Shown one piece after another: positions 9,363-18,365 of a stretch of 64,000 nt of DNA. The position numbers were made by a program, and so were the translations under genes. The stretch spans positions 4,131 to 68,130 of the forward strand of contig CAMWQJ010000003.1 in NCBI GenBank assembly GCA_947176415.1. Direction: 5' to 3'. Position 1 is the stretch's first letter. Every line of letters starts with the position of its first letter. The notes below the pieces were generated by a model that made no database searches, was not told the DNA's origin, and worked only from the letters and a program-made list of their open reading frames with translations. Origin of the DNA: an uncultured Ruminococcus sp. (GTDB lineage: Bacteria > Bacillota > Clostridia > Oscillospirales > Ruminococcaceae).

Positions 9363-10562
9363 TTATTCGTTTTCGATAGATTCCATCGAACCGTAGAGTG
9401 CGGGGTAGATACCACAAACAACAAGACCGATGATAACAGCCATGAAGATAAGGAGCAGAGGTTCTACCATGCTGACGAGACGCTGTACTGCCGCATCTGA
9501 TTCTTCTTCATAGTATTCCGAAGTCTTTTCAAGAATTGAATCCAATGCACCTGATTCTTCACCTACATAGAGAATCGAACAGAACATACCCTCGAAAATT
9601 TCCGTTCTTGTGATAGCGTTTGAAAGAGTTTCGCCCTGTTTTACCTCGTCAACAACTTCAATGAATTTTTCGTCAATGTAGGAATTTCCGAGAACGGCGG
9701 AAGCTCTCTCGAGACATTCAACCATAGGTATACCGCTTGAATACAGCGACGAAAGAGTACGTGAAAAACGTCCTGTATAGATTTTTGTCACAAGAGGACC
9801 AAAGCCCGGACCTTTTATAATAAGACGGTCGAATTTCAGTCGCACGCTCGGAACTTTCAGGGCGTATCTTACACCGAAGAAAAGACCGAAAGCCACGGCG
9901 ATAAGTATGTACCACTTATGCTGAATAAAGTCCGAAATAGCAGCCATCATCTTTGTGAGGGCGGGCATCTGCGACGGGTCTTCATACATTCCGATAAACG
10001 TCGGCATGATGAATGCGAAGAGGAAAATAACGATAACGACACAGAGAACGAGAAGTATAATAGGATAAATCATAGCACTCTTTATCGTGTTTGCAAGTTT
10101 TCCCTCTTTGTTGTAATGGTCAGCCATACGGGTCATGATTACGTCAAGCGAACCGCTCGCCTCGCCCGCACTTACCATCGAGATAAGGAAGTCGGGAAAT
10201 GAGCCTGCGTGCATTTCCAGAGCCGACGAGAAGGATTCACCTTTCTGAACATTTTCATAAATGTCCTGCCATATGACTTTTGCCTTTTCGTTTTCCTGTT
10301 CTCTTGTGAGGATATCGATTGCCTTTACAAGTGTAAGACCTGAAGTAAGCATGGCACTCAGCTGACGGCAGTTGAATGTAAGCTCCTTGGTTTTAAACTT
10401 GTAGATTGATTTTCTTTCGGTTGAATCGCCTTCCTTAAAGTCCTTGATGTAGAGACCTCTTTCCTTGGCCTTTTCAAGAAATTCCTGCTCGTTTTCTGCA
10501 TTCATGACACCTTTCTGCTGTCTGCCTCTTGCGTCCTGAGCTATGTAGGAAAAACTCTTCAT
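9363..10562 (-). CDS. pilC: Type IV pilus platform protein PilC (T2SS F family)
   Basis: RQLSAMLTSGLTL, AGEASGSLD, SAMIYP, VGEESGALD, LVSMVEP motifs. Confidence 0.95.
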   Translation of the reverse strand: MKSFSYIAQDARGRQQKGVMNAENEQEFLEKAKERGLYIKDFKEGDSTERKSIYKFKTKELTFNCRQLSAMLTSGLTLVKAIDILTREQENEKAKVIWQDIYENVQKGESFSSALEMHAGSFPDFLISMVSAGEASGSLDVIMTRMADHYNKEGKLANTIKSAMIYPIILLVLCVVIVIFLFAFIMPTFIGMYEDPSQMPALTKMMAAISDFIQHKWYILIAVAFGLFFGVRYALKVPSVRLKFDRLIIKGPGFGPLVTKIYTGRFSRTLSSLYSSGIPMVECLERASAVLGNSYIDEKFIEVVDEVKQGETLSNAITRTEIFEGMFCSILYVGEESGALDSILEKTSEYYEEESDAAVQRLVSMVEPLLLIFMAVIIGLVVCGIYPALYGSMESIENE

Positions 10563-10622
10563 AAAACCACCTCCATTGAATTTTATTAGTCGGGGATATC
10601 TTATGCCACCTTAATAATAACA

Positions 10623-10651
10623 ATTATAACATTTTAATAGTTAATTTGCAA
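10623..10651 (-). promoter_or_regulatory. Proximal sigma-A promoter of the pilC operon
   Basis: Minus strand TTGCAA-17 nt-TATAAT with extended TG. Confidence 0.65.
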
Positions 10652-10835
10652 TCGTTTTTTTGCCATAAATAATCAGTCATTTTTTATTAATATTCACCAA
10701 TTTTTATACAAAGCGTAATATATTAAGCAATAAACGATAATTATTCTACAAAAAATCAATATCAAAGGTAACACTTCGCAACAAAATATGAAGTGTGTAC
10801 AGGCAAACACTCCACATTGTTAAACTTATACAAAT

Positions 10836-10864
10836 ATTATATCACATATTCTTTTAAATTGCAA
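10836..10864 (-). promoter_or_regulatory. Distal sigma-A promoter upstream of pilC
   Basis: Minus strand TTGCAA-17 nt-TATAAT with extended TG; same hexamers as the proximal promoter. Confidence 0.6.
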
Positions 10865-10961
10865 TATTTTTGCGAAATTTTTATATATTTTTTTATATAA
10901 ATGTAAATCACGACAATTTTTTTACTATTTATCCGCCGATTTCTTTAAAAATCAGAATTTT

Positions 10962-11876
10962 TTAAAGCGTAATCTTTTCGCCGTCGTGTGAGATAACTAC
11001 ATTTCCGAAAATCGCAGACAGTTCTTCATTATATATGCAGGGGTCTGTTTCGGCAGGACTGTAATGCGTAAGCCATAGCCTTTTTGCCTGTGCCTTTTCC
11101 GCAAGTCTGCACGCATCTTGCATAAGCATATGCCCCTTTTCGTTCATGGACTGCTTTTTCTCCATGTCGCCATACATTCCCTCGCAAATCATCAAATCAG
11201 CACCGCTGGAAAAGTCCGCTATGCTGTCAAGCGAAAGACTGTCGGTTGTATAGGTTACGACAACGGGCGGACGTTGTTTGCCCGTAACGTCCGAGGAAAA
11301 TATTTTCCGTCCGTCGTCAAGCGTAACAGATTCACCGCTGTGAAGTTTTTTCCAGTAGTTTACAGGAATATTCAGTTCCTTTGCTTTTTCAGGTTCAAAG
11401 ACGGGTTTTCTCGAAAGAGTGAGTTTGTAGCCTATACATTCAACGCTGTGCGAAAGCGGAATTGTCGAAATCATCAGCATAGGGTCTATGCGGTCTGCCG
11501 TGAACGCCGTCGGACTTCTGTCAGGGAGTACATGGATTTTCACTTCATATGGAAGTTTTCCGCATACTGCCATAAGGCTTCTCACGGTTTTTTCTGCACT
11601 CTCAGGCATATAAATATCAAGCGGTTCTGTGCGTGAACAGTTTCCGATTGAGAGAAGCAGACCAGGAAGTCCTGTAACGTGGTCTGCATGGCTGTGCGTA
11701 ATAAGTATCGTCTCTATACGGCTCATTTTAAGACCGTGTTCCGCAACGGCAACCTGTGTACCCTCTCCGCAGTCTATGAGAATGGCTTTTCCGTTGTATT
11801 CAGCATAAAGACTTGTTAAATATCTGTTTTTAAGCGGAAGCATTCCGCCTGTTCCTAAAAGACAAATTTCAGGCAT
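10962..11876 (-). CDS. rnz: Ribonuclease Z
   Basis: CLLGTGG, LIDCGEGTQ, THSHADHVTGLPG, LTHYS; start moved to ATG 11876 (AAGGAG SD). Confidence 0.93.
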   Translation of the reverse strand: MPEICLLGTGGMLPLKNRYLTSLYAEYNGKAILIDCGEGTQVAVAEHGLKMSRIETILITHSHADHVTGLPGLLLSIGNCSRTEPLDIYMPESAEKTVRSLMAVCGKLPYEVKIHVLPDRSPTAFTADRIDPMLMISTIPLSHSVECIGYKLTLSRKPVFEPEKAKELNIPVNYWKKLHSGESVTLDDGRKIFSSDVTGKQRPPVVVTYTTDSLSLDSIADFSSGADLMICEGMYGDMEKKQSMNEKGHMLMQDACRLAEKAQAKRLWLTHYSPAETDPCIYNEELSAIFGNVVISHDGEKITL

Positions 11877-12002
11877 TTTTTTAACTCCTTTATAATAATT
11901 TTTTTCTATTCTATTAATTATATCACATTTTTTAACTGTTTTCAAGTGAAATATCTGCACATTTTTCCTAATATTGACATTACAAAATTATACTATAAAT
12001 AC

Positions 12003-12033
12003 AAAAAACGACCGCAGAAAAGCAGTCGTTTTT
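12003..12033 (-). terminator. Intrinsic terminator after CAP-dockerin gene 1
   Basis: aaaaaacgac / gtcgttttt inverted repeat. Confidence 0.7.
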
Positions 12034-12042
12034 ATAAATTTT

Positions 12043-12849
12043 TTAAAATAAATATGCTGGGAGTTCGTTTATTTCGCCGAATATGTACTTTTTGAGATAG
12101 AAAGCGTCAAGATATGAGACTGCACCGTCATAAAGAATATCCGCTGACTCCATCTGAACCGAAGTAAAAGTTATTTCTTTTAATAAAAATCTTCTCAGCA
12201 GAACGAGGTCGAAAGAATCAATAATCCCGTCTCCGTTTATATCTCCTGTCCTGTACGAAGTCGGTTGGTATACGCTGTACTGTCCGTCAAGAACAAAATT
12301 TCCGTTGTCATCGGTTTGCCAGCCGAGATAGTCGCACCAGTCAGTGTCAAGATTCACAAAAGTAAGTTGCCAGTACCATTTGTATTCGGAATCGGGGTCG
12401 TGAGCAACACCGACACCCATGTGTGTCATGCTCTCGTTTGTCATTATATTATAGTGTACAGGTGAATCAAGTATCTGTTTAAAAGTCCTGTCCACCTTTT
12501 CGTTGCCACAGATGATAAGTTCACCGTTAAGGCTGTACGGCACGATTTCGTCATCTATCACCGTATTCCACTTTTCGCCGTCCGGTCTTTCGTGAACGAA
12601 TGAAACGGTAATTTCCTTCGCACGTGTTTCCGCAACCTCGTTGAGATACGGCACGACGTAAACAGGTTCTATCCCCTTGTCCGCCCTTTCCGCATTGACG
12701 AGTACAGCAAGCTCGCTAATCATTTCTTCCAGTTCGTCAATCTCAGTAAGTTCCGCATTTGCTGTCTCCATGGGCATTACGACAACGGAAACAACAATTG
12801 CCGAAAACACACAAAGAATTTTTTCAAAAAATTTCAATATATTTTTCAT
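12043..12849 (-). CDS. Secreted CAP (SCP) domain protein with C-terminal dockerin
   Basis: Signal peptide; LVNAERADKG, HERPDG, SPVHYNIM, THMGVGV; GDINGDGIIDSFDLVLL...ADILYDGAVSYLD dockerin duplication. Confidence 0.88.
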   Translation of the reverse strand: MKNILKFFEKILCVFSAIVVSVVVMPMETANAELTEIDELEEMISELAVLVNAERADKGIEPVYVVPYLNEVAETRAKEITVSFVHERPDGEKWNTVIDDEIVPYSLNGELIICGNEKVDRTFKQILDSPVHYNIMTNESMTHMGVGVAHDPDSEYKWYWQLTFVNLDTDWCDYLGWQTDDNGNFVLDGQYSVYQPTSYRTGDINGDGIIDSFDLVLLRRFLLKEITFTSVQMESADILYDGAVSYLDAFYLKKYIFGEINELPAYLF

Positions 12850-12908
12850 TTTAAAAAACCTCCTTTAAGGACAGAAATGCGAATAATTGTTTTAAGGACA
12901 GGTATGGC

Positions 12909-12940
12909 AAAAACGACTGCACGAAAAACAGCCGTTTTTT
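12909..12940 (-). terminator. Terminator-like hairpin between the two CAP-dockerin genes
   Basis: aaaaacgactg / cagccgttttt; resembles the 12003 hairpin. Confidence 0.6.
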
Positions 12941-12968
12941 ATGTGAACACACTTTTTTAATTTAACTT

Positions 12969-13853
12969 CTACCAAAGCCTTACGGGCAGTGAATCATATT
13001 TTCCTAATATAAATCCCCTCAGTATGCCTAAATCAGAATAGGAAACAACGCCGTCATACATTACATCGGCTGCCTCCACCTGCAAAGGATTAAGAGTAGT
13101 CTGCTTTGTAAGATACTGTCTTAATATAACGAGGTCGAAAGAATCAATAACCCCATCGCCGTTGAGGTCTCCGCACTCCGTAGGCTTTACCTGATACATT
13201 TCAGGCATATATTGTCCCTCAAAAGCAACATTGCCCTTTTCGTCAAAACAAGTCCAGCCGAGATATTCTCTTGCATAATACGGGTCATCATCTGCCTTTA
13301 TAAATATCTGAGTCCAGTACCAGTGTGCCGTTGCATAACCCTCGGGTTCGCTTGCTGACGGCGGACGTGAATCTGGCTCATATACAACGCCGACACCGAG
13401 GTGCGTCACCTGAGGGTCAAGAATATTTGCCCAATGCTGAGGGGAATTTTTCCACTGATTAAAAGTAGCTTCTGCCGTACGCATGGTATTTGCTATATTT
13501 TCCTTTCCAGCAAGCCATGGAAAATTTTCGTCAAACATATCGCTGAATTTATAATATATTCCTTTTGCAGGGTCTTTCAAGCCGAGATAATGGCGGTCAT
13601 GCGAAAAATCAGTAAGGCATTCCCTGCAACGTGCCGTTGCAACTTCATTCAGATAAGGTACCATATAAACAGGGTTAAGTCCTGCCTGAGTTCTTGCCTC
13701 GTTCACAAGATATCCTATCTGGTCGGCGAGTTCCTGAAAATTTATCTCTTCCGTATCGCCAGCCGACTTTACGGGGAATTGCACATACATCACCATAATT
13801 AAAAACACCGTAAAAAAAGAAAATATTCTTTTTATAAACACAATATTTTTCAT
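12969..13853 (-). CDS. Secreted CAP (SCP) domain protein with C-terminal dockerin (paralog)
   Basis: Signal peptide; LVNEARTQAGL, WKNSPQHWANIL, THLGVGV; GDLNGDGVIDSFDLVIL dockerin. Confidence 0.88.
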   Translation of the reverse strand: MKNIVFIKRIFSFFTVFLIMVMYVQFPVKSAGDTEEINFQELADQIGYLVNEARTQAGLNPVYMVPYLNEVATARCRECLTDFSHDRHYLGLKDPAKGIYYKFSDMFDENFPWLAGKENIANTMRTAEATFNQWKNSPQHWANILDPQVTHLGVGVVYEPDSRPPSASEPEGYATAHWYWTQIFIKADDDPYYAREYLGWTCFDEKGNVAFEGQYMPEMYQVKPTECGDLNGDGVIDSFDLVILRQYLTKQTTLNPLQVEAADVMYDGVVSYSDLGILRGFILGKYDSLPVRLW

Positions 13854-14032
13854 AACTCCACACCGCCATAAAATTTCCCAAAATATCTCTTACTATATAT
13901 CATATCATATATTAACTAAAAATTAAAGTCTTTTTTTGAATTTTAGTCAATATTACCAATAATTTTGTATAATTTGTACAAAGAAATAATTACGCTTCGT
14001 ATAAACAGAAATGTTTTATCCCATTGTAAAAT

Positions 14033-14060
14033 AAAAACGGACGGGTTTTATACCGTCCGT
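14033..14060 (-). terminator. Terminator after the acyl-CoA synthetase fusion
   Basis: acggacgg / ccgtccgt stem with adjacent A run on + (U run on -). Confidence 0.65.
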
Positions 14061-14068
14061 AATAAACA

Positions 14069-16375
14069 TCAGCCTTTTAACTCAACACGTCTTATTTTTC
14101 CGCTGATAGTCTTTGGAAGTTCGTCCCTGAACTCAACTATTCTCGGATATTTATAAGGAGCTGTGTGTTTTTTAACGTAATTCTGAATCTCCTTTTTGAG
14201 TTCGTCAGTGCCGACAGTTCCCTTTGTGAGAACGATAGAAGCCTTTACAACCTGACCACGTACAGGGTCGGGAGCGGCACTTACTCCGCACTCAAGAACG
14301 TACGGGAGTTCCATAATAACGCTTTCAATCTCAAAAGGTCCTATTCTGTAGCCTGACGACTTGATAACGTCGTCAACACGTCCGACATACCAGTAATAAC
14401 CGTCCTCGTCTTTCCATGCGGTGTCGCCTGTATGGTACATACCATCATGCCATACTTCCTTTGTCTTTTCAGCGTCACGGAAATATTCCATAAAGAGTCC
14501 GCAAGGTGCTTTTTCGCCGACTTTAATTACAATCTCGCCCGTTTCGCCAGTCTTTACACTGTTTCCGTCAGGGTCAACAATATCTATATCATACAGCACG
14601 CTCGGCTTGCCCATAGAACCGGGTTTAGCAGTCATGCCGACGAAATTTCCGATAGCAAGTGTTGTTTCGGTCTGTCCGAAACCTTCCATCAGCTTTATGC
14701 CCGTTGCCTTGAGGAACTGATTATAAACCTCGGGATTGAGTGCCTCGCCCGCAACCGTTGCATACTTTATTGAAGATAAATCAAACTTCGACAAATCTTC
14801 TTTTATGAAGAATCTGTACATAGTAGGCGGAGCACAGAAAGTTGTTATGTTATATTTTTTGAACATCGGAAGAATCTTGTTTGCATCGAATCTGTTAAAA
14901 TCATAAACAAATACAGCTGTTTCACTCATCCACTGACCGTACAGCTTACCCCAGAGAGCTTTTCCCCAGCCTGTGTCGGAGATTGTAAAATGAATGCCGT
15001 CGGGGTCGACGTTATGCCAGTAGCGTGCAGTAATGAAATGTCCGAGTGCATATTTATGGCTGTGCATAGCTATTTTCGGATAGCCTGTAGTTCCTGATGT
15101 AAAGAACATAAGCATCGGCTCGCTTCCGCATGAGAGAAGCTCGGAGTCTGTAGGTCTTTCAAAAACATCACTGCATTCATACATTTCCTTGTCGAATGAA
15201 TCCCAGCCCTCACGCTCGCCGTTTGCCATAATGGTCTTTATTTTCATTCCGCACTCTTCTATTGCGAGTTCCGCCTGATGTGCAGCATCGTCCTCGCCCG
15301 TGCAGACAATAGCCTTAACATCGGCAGCCTTGAAACGATAAGTAAAATCGTGCTGTACAAGCTGGTGCGTTGCGGGAATTACAATAGCACCGATTTTGTG
15401 AAGTGCTATTATCGAGAACCAGAACTGATAATGTCTTTTAAGTACGAGCATTACAGTATCGCCCTTTCTGATTCCTTTGGACAGAAAATAATTAGCCGTC
15501 ATGTTGGAATACTTCTTCATATCGGCAAAAGTAAAAGTTTTTTCTTCCATATTGTCGGAAACATATACAAGTGCCGTCTTGTCGGGACATTTTTCAGCGA
15601 GTTTGTCCACGATATCAAAACCGAAGTTAAAAGTTTCTTCATTGGTAAAAGTTATTTTGCTTAACGCACCGTTTTCATCTGTTTCGGTCTGCACAAATTT
15701 TTCAATAACAGGTTTTTCGACGTTTGCAAGGTCAAAATTGGTAACACCTGGGAGAATAACGGGGTCGAGATTCTGCAATGCACTATGTGGTTGATTTACG
15801 CCGAAAACAACCGCATAAAATTTACACTCTTTACCGCCGACTGCCCATTCGTCGTGCGGTTCTCCGCTGTCGTAGTAGATAGAATCGCCCTCGCTGAGTA
15901 TTTCTTCATTGTCGCCTATACGCACCTTTAACTGTCCGCTTACGACAATATCCAGCTCCTGTCCCTCGTGCGTGTGCGGGTGCGGTACTCTGTACTGCTC
16001 ATCAACATAGGGAATAGTAACCATAAACGGCTCGCCTATCTTGTTTCTGAATTTCGGTGCAAGACGCATATATGTCATACCCTTGCGACGTACTATCGGA
16101 AGACCGCCTCCCTTTCTGGTAATGTCGTAGCTGTAGATTTTCGGACTCTCACCTTCCATAAGGTCAGTTATTTCAACACCCGTAGCGTTTGCGAATTTAT
16201 AGATAAAAGTAAAGCTGAAGTCTTTAGCTCCGCCCTCATAGGCAAGATACTCATAAACAGATACGCCTGTTTTTTCTGCCATTTCCTCGGCGGTCAGACC
16301 TACCGACTCACGAACGGCTTTAATTCGTTCTGCCACCTCTCTTATCTTAAATTCGGGATTAATTGAGTTACTCAC
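14069..16375 (-). CDS. XRE HTH + cupin + AMP-binding acyl-CoA synthetase fusion (768 aa)
   Basis: RIKAVRESVGLTAEEMA HTH; HTHEGQELDIVVSG...GDSIYYDSGEPH cupin; FFTSGTTGYPK, EGFGQTET, YHTGD, PKTISGKIRR adenylate-forming motifs, all in one uninterrupted frame. Confidence 0.9.
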   Translation of the reverse strand: MSNSINPEFKIREVAERIKAVRESVGLTAEEMAEKTGVSVYEYLAYEGGAKDFSFTFIYKFANATGVEITDLMEGESPKIYSYDITRKGGGLPIVRRKGMTYMRLAPKFRNKIGEPFMVTIPYVDEQYRVPHPHTHEGQELDIVVSGQLKVRIGDNEEILSEGDSIYYDSGEPHDEWAVGGKECKFYAVVFGVNQPHSALQNLDPVILPGVTNFDLANVEKPVIEKFVQTETDENGALSKITFTNEETFNFGFDIVDKLAEKCPDKTALVYVSDNMEEKTFTFADMKKYSNMTANYFLSKGIRKGDTVMLVLKRHYQFWFSIIALHKIGAIVIPATHQLVQHDFTYRFKAADVKAIVCTGEDDAAHQAELAIEECGMKIKTIMANGEREGWDSFDKEMYECSDVFERPTDSELLSCGSEPMLMFFTSGTTGYPKIAMHSHKYALGHFITARYWHNVDPDGIHFTISDTGWGKALWGKLYGQWMSETAVFVYDFNRFDANKILPMFKKYNITTFCAPPTMYRFFIKEDLSKFDLSSIKYATVAGEALNPEVYNQFLKATGIKLMEGFGQTETTLAIGNFVGMTAKPGSMGKPSVLYDIDIVDPDGNSVKTGETGEIVIKVGEKAPCGLFMEYFRDAEKTKEVWHDGMYHTGDTAWKDEDGYYWYVGRVDDVIKSSGYRIGPFEIESVIMELPYVLECGVSAAPDPVRGQVVKASIVLTKGTVGTDELKKEIQNYVKKHTAPYKYPRIVEFRDELPKTISGKIRRVELKG

Positions 16376-16486
16376 AGCAAGCCTGCTCCTTTCGTTTTAA
16401 AAATTACAAGTATACTTATTATAACACTGTATAATCATTTTGTCAATAACAAATATAAATTTTATGGTTTACTGTGAGTTTTTTAT

Positions 16487-18304
16487 TTATATAAGTTTTA
16501 TGTTATATTTTTTAAACCAGTAGTCAAGCTGTACAAACCAGGCAATAATCTGCGGAAGATTCATAAGCTGTCCGTACCACTGTATATTATCCTCATGCCT
16601 TGCTAGCCTTTCGAGCGAACTGCGTTTCACTATCTCAAAAATCGGACTGTCTTTTTCTGCCAGTATTTCATTGAGTTTTTCTGTAACGGCTTTCAGGAAT
16701 GCAGGGTTGTGGGTTTTCGGATACGGAGACTTTTTCCGCCAGAGTATCTCATAGGGAAGCCAGTCTTTCATTGCCTCACGCAAAAGCCCTTTTTCCCGCC
16801 CTTTGTAGTCCTTGTACTCCCACGGGACATTGTACATATATTCCGCAATCCTGTAGTCGCAGAACGGCACACGCACTTCGAGTCCGCTGTACATACTCAT
16901 TCTGTCTTTGCGTTCAAGAAGATTCTGCATAAACCAGTCAAAATTAAGCTGTGTCATCTCTCTCATTCTGTATTCAAGCGGACTGTCTCCGTCAAGTTTT
17001 TCCGCAAAATCAGCTGTATTCCTGTATGCACTGTATACATATTCCTCCGCATTGATTTTTTCCGCATAATAATCACTTAAAAAACTCTTTCTGTAGGCTG
17101 TACTCTGAGCCCACGGAAATCCGTCCGTCTCTCTTATATCCTTATCCCTGTACCAAGGATAACCGCCGAATATTTCGTCTGCACACTCTCCCGACAAGGC
17201 AACAGTACAGTGATTTTTGATTTCACGGCAGAAAAGCAAAAGCGAGGCATCAACGTCCGCCATGCAGGGAAGTCCCCTCGCCTCAGTTGCGGAATACAAG
17301 GCGTTTACAAGTTCAGGAGTATCAACTATTGTCCAGTGATGATTCGTACCGAGATAGTCCGCCATGATTTTTATATACTCGGGGTCGCTGTTCGGCTGAA
17401 AACGGCTTTTCTGAAAATACTTGTCATTGTCCTGATAATCTATTGAAAAAGTATCCAGTATTTTACCACATTTTTTCATTTCACTGCTCGCCACTGATGA
17501 TATTATGCTTGAATCAAGTCCGCCCGAAAGAAAAGTGCAGACAGGCACATCAGAGACAAGCTGTCGTCTTATCGAATCAAGAACGATTTCCCTTACGTGT
17601 TCCTTTGTCTGTTCAAATGTTTCATGCAGTTCATAAGCTCTAAGTCTCCAGTATTCGTGTAGGGAAAGACCCTTTTCAGTGTAATATCCGCACCAGCCTG
17701 ATTTTACTTCGTTTATGCCCTTTATTACTCCGCAGGAAAGAGTACGTGACGGGGATAATAAAATTAATTCCGCAACGCCTTTTTCGTCTATTTCATGCGG
17801 TATATCGGGGTGCTGAAGAAGTGCGGGAATCTCCGACGAAAATATAAGTTTATTTCCGTTATCGTAATAAAACAAGGGCTTTACGCCTATTCTGTCCCTC
17901 GCAAGAAAAAGCCTGTGTTTTTTTTCCTCCCATATCGCAAACGCAAATATGCCGTTGAATTTTTCAAGGCACTTTTCCCCCCATTTAATATAGCTTTTAA
18001 GTACAACTTCCGTATCGGAATGAGTCTCAAAGTCAAATTCACCCTCAAGTTCTTTCCTTATGTCATCGGTGTTATAAAGTTCGCCGTTATATACTATCGT
18101 ACTGCCGTTAAAAGACATCGGCTGTCTGCCTTTTTCCACGTCAATAACCGCAAGTCTCGTGTGTATCAATGCACACTCTTCCGTCAGCATAATCCCCCTC
18201 TGGTCAGGTCCTCTCCTTAAAAGTGACTTCTGTATTTTTTCACAGATTTTCATTTCCGCCCTCATATCCTCTTTAAAGCTGATAACGCCTGCTATTCCGC
18301 ACAT
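16487..18304 (-). CDS. asnB: Asparagine synthase (glutamine-hydrolysing)
   Basis: MCGIAG N-terminus (ATG 18304), RRGPD, ARDRIGVKPLFY, LSGGLDSS, LSGECADEIFGGY. Confidence 0.93.
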   Translation of the reverse strand: MCGIAGVISFKEDMRAEMKICEKIQKSLLRRGPDQRGIMLTEECALIHTRLAVIDVEKGRQPMSFNGSTIVYNGELYNTDDIRKELEGEFDFETHSDTEVVLKSYIKWGEKCLEKFNGIFAFAIWEEKKHRLFLARDRIGVKPLFYYDNGNKLIFSSEIPALLQHPDIPHEIDEKGVAELILLSPSRTLSCGVIKGINEVKSGWCGYYTEKGLSLHEYWRLRAYELHETFEQTKEHVREIVLDSIRRQLVSDVPVCTFLSGGLDSSIISSVASSEMKKCGKILDTFSIDYQDNDKYFQKSRFQPNSDPEYIKIMADYLGTNHHWTIVDTPELVNALYSATEARGLPCMADVDASLLLFCREIKNHCTVALSGECADEIFGGYPWYRDKDIRETDGFPWAQSTAYRKSFLSDYYAEKINAEEYVYSAYRNTADFAEKLDGDSPLEYRMREMTQLNFDWFMQNLLERKDRMSMYSGLEVRVPFCDYRIAEYMYNVPWEYKDYKGREKGLLREAMKDWLPYEILWRKKSPYPKTHNPAFLKAVTEKLNEILAEKDSPIFEIVKRSSLERLARHEDNIQWYGQLMNLPQIIAWFVQLDYWFKKYNIKLI

Positions 18305-18365
18305 AAAAAACAACCTCCTTTTAAAGTCTGCATTATTATATGCGGAAATTATCTTCCGTGATACA

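Noticed and set aside
10640-10812. c-di-GMP-I riboswitch suggested by GGCAAA motifs
   Set aside because: No GAAA tetraloop/receptor or GACGCAAAG-type element follows, and one GGCAAAC is on the wrong strand. Kept only as an unassigned leader.
12864-12901. Sigma-I promoter upstream of the dockerin gene
   Set aside because: The AAA tract to CGCA spacing is about 9 nt, too short for the 13-14 nt expected.
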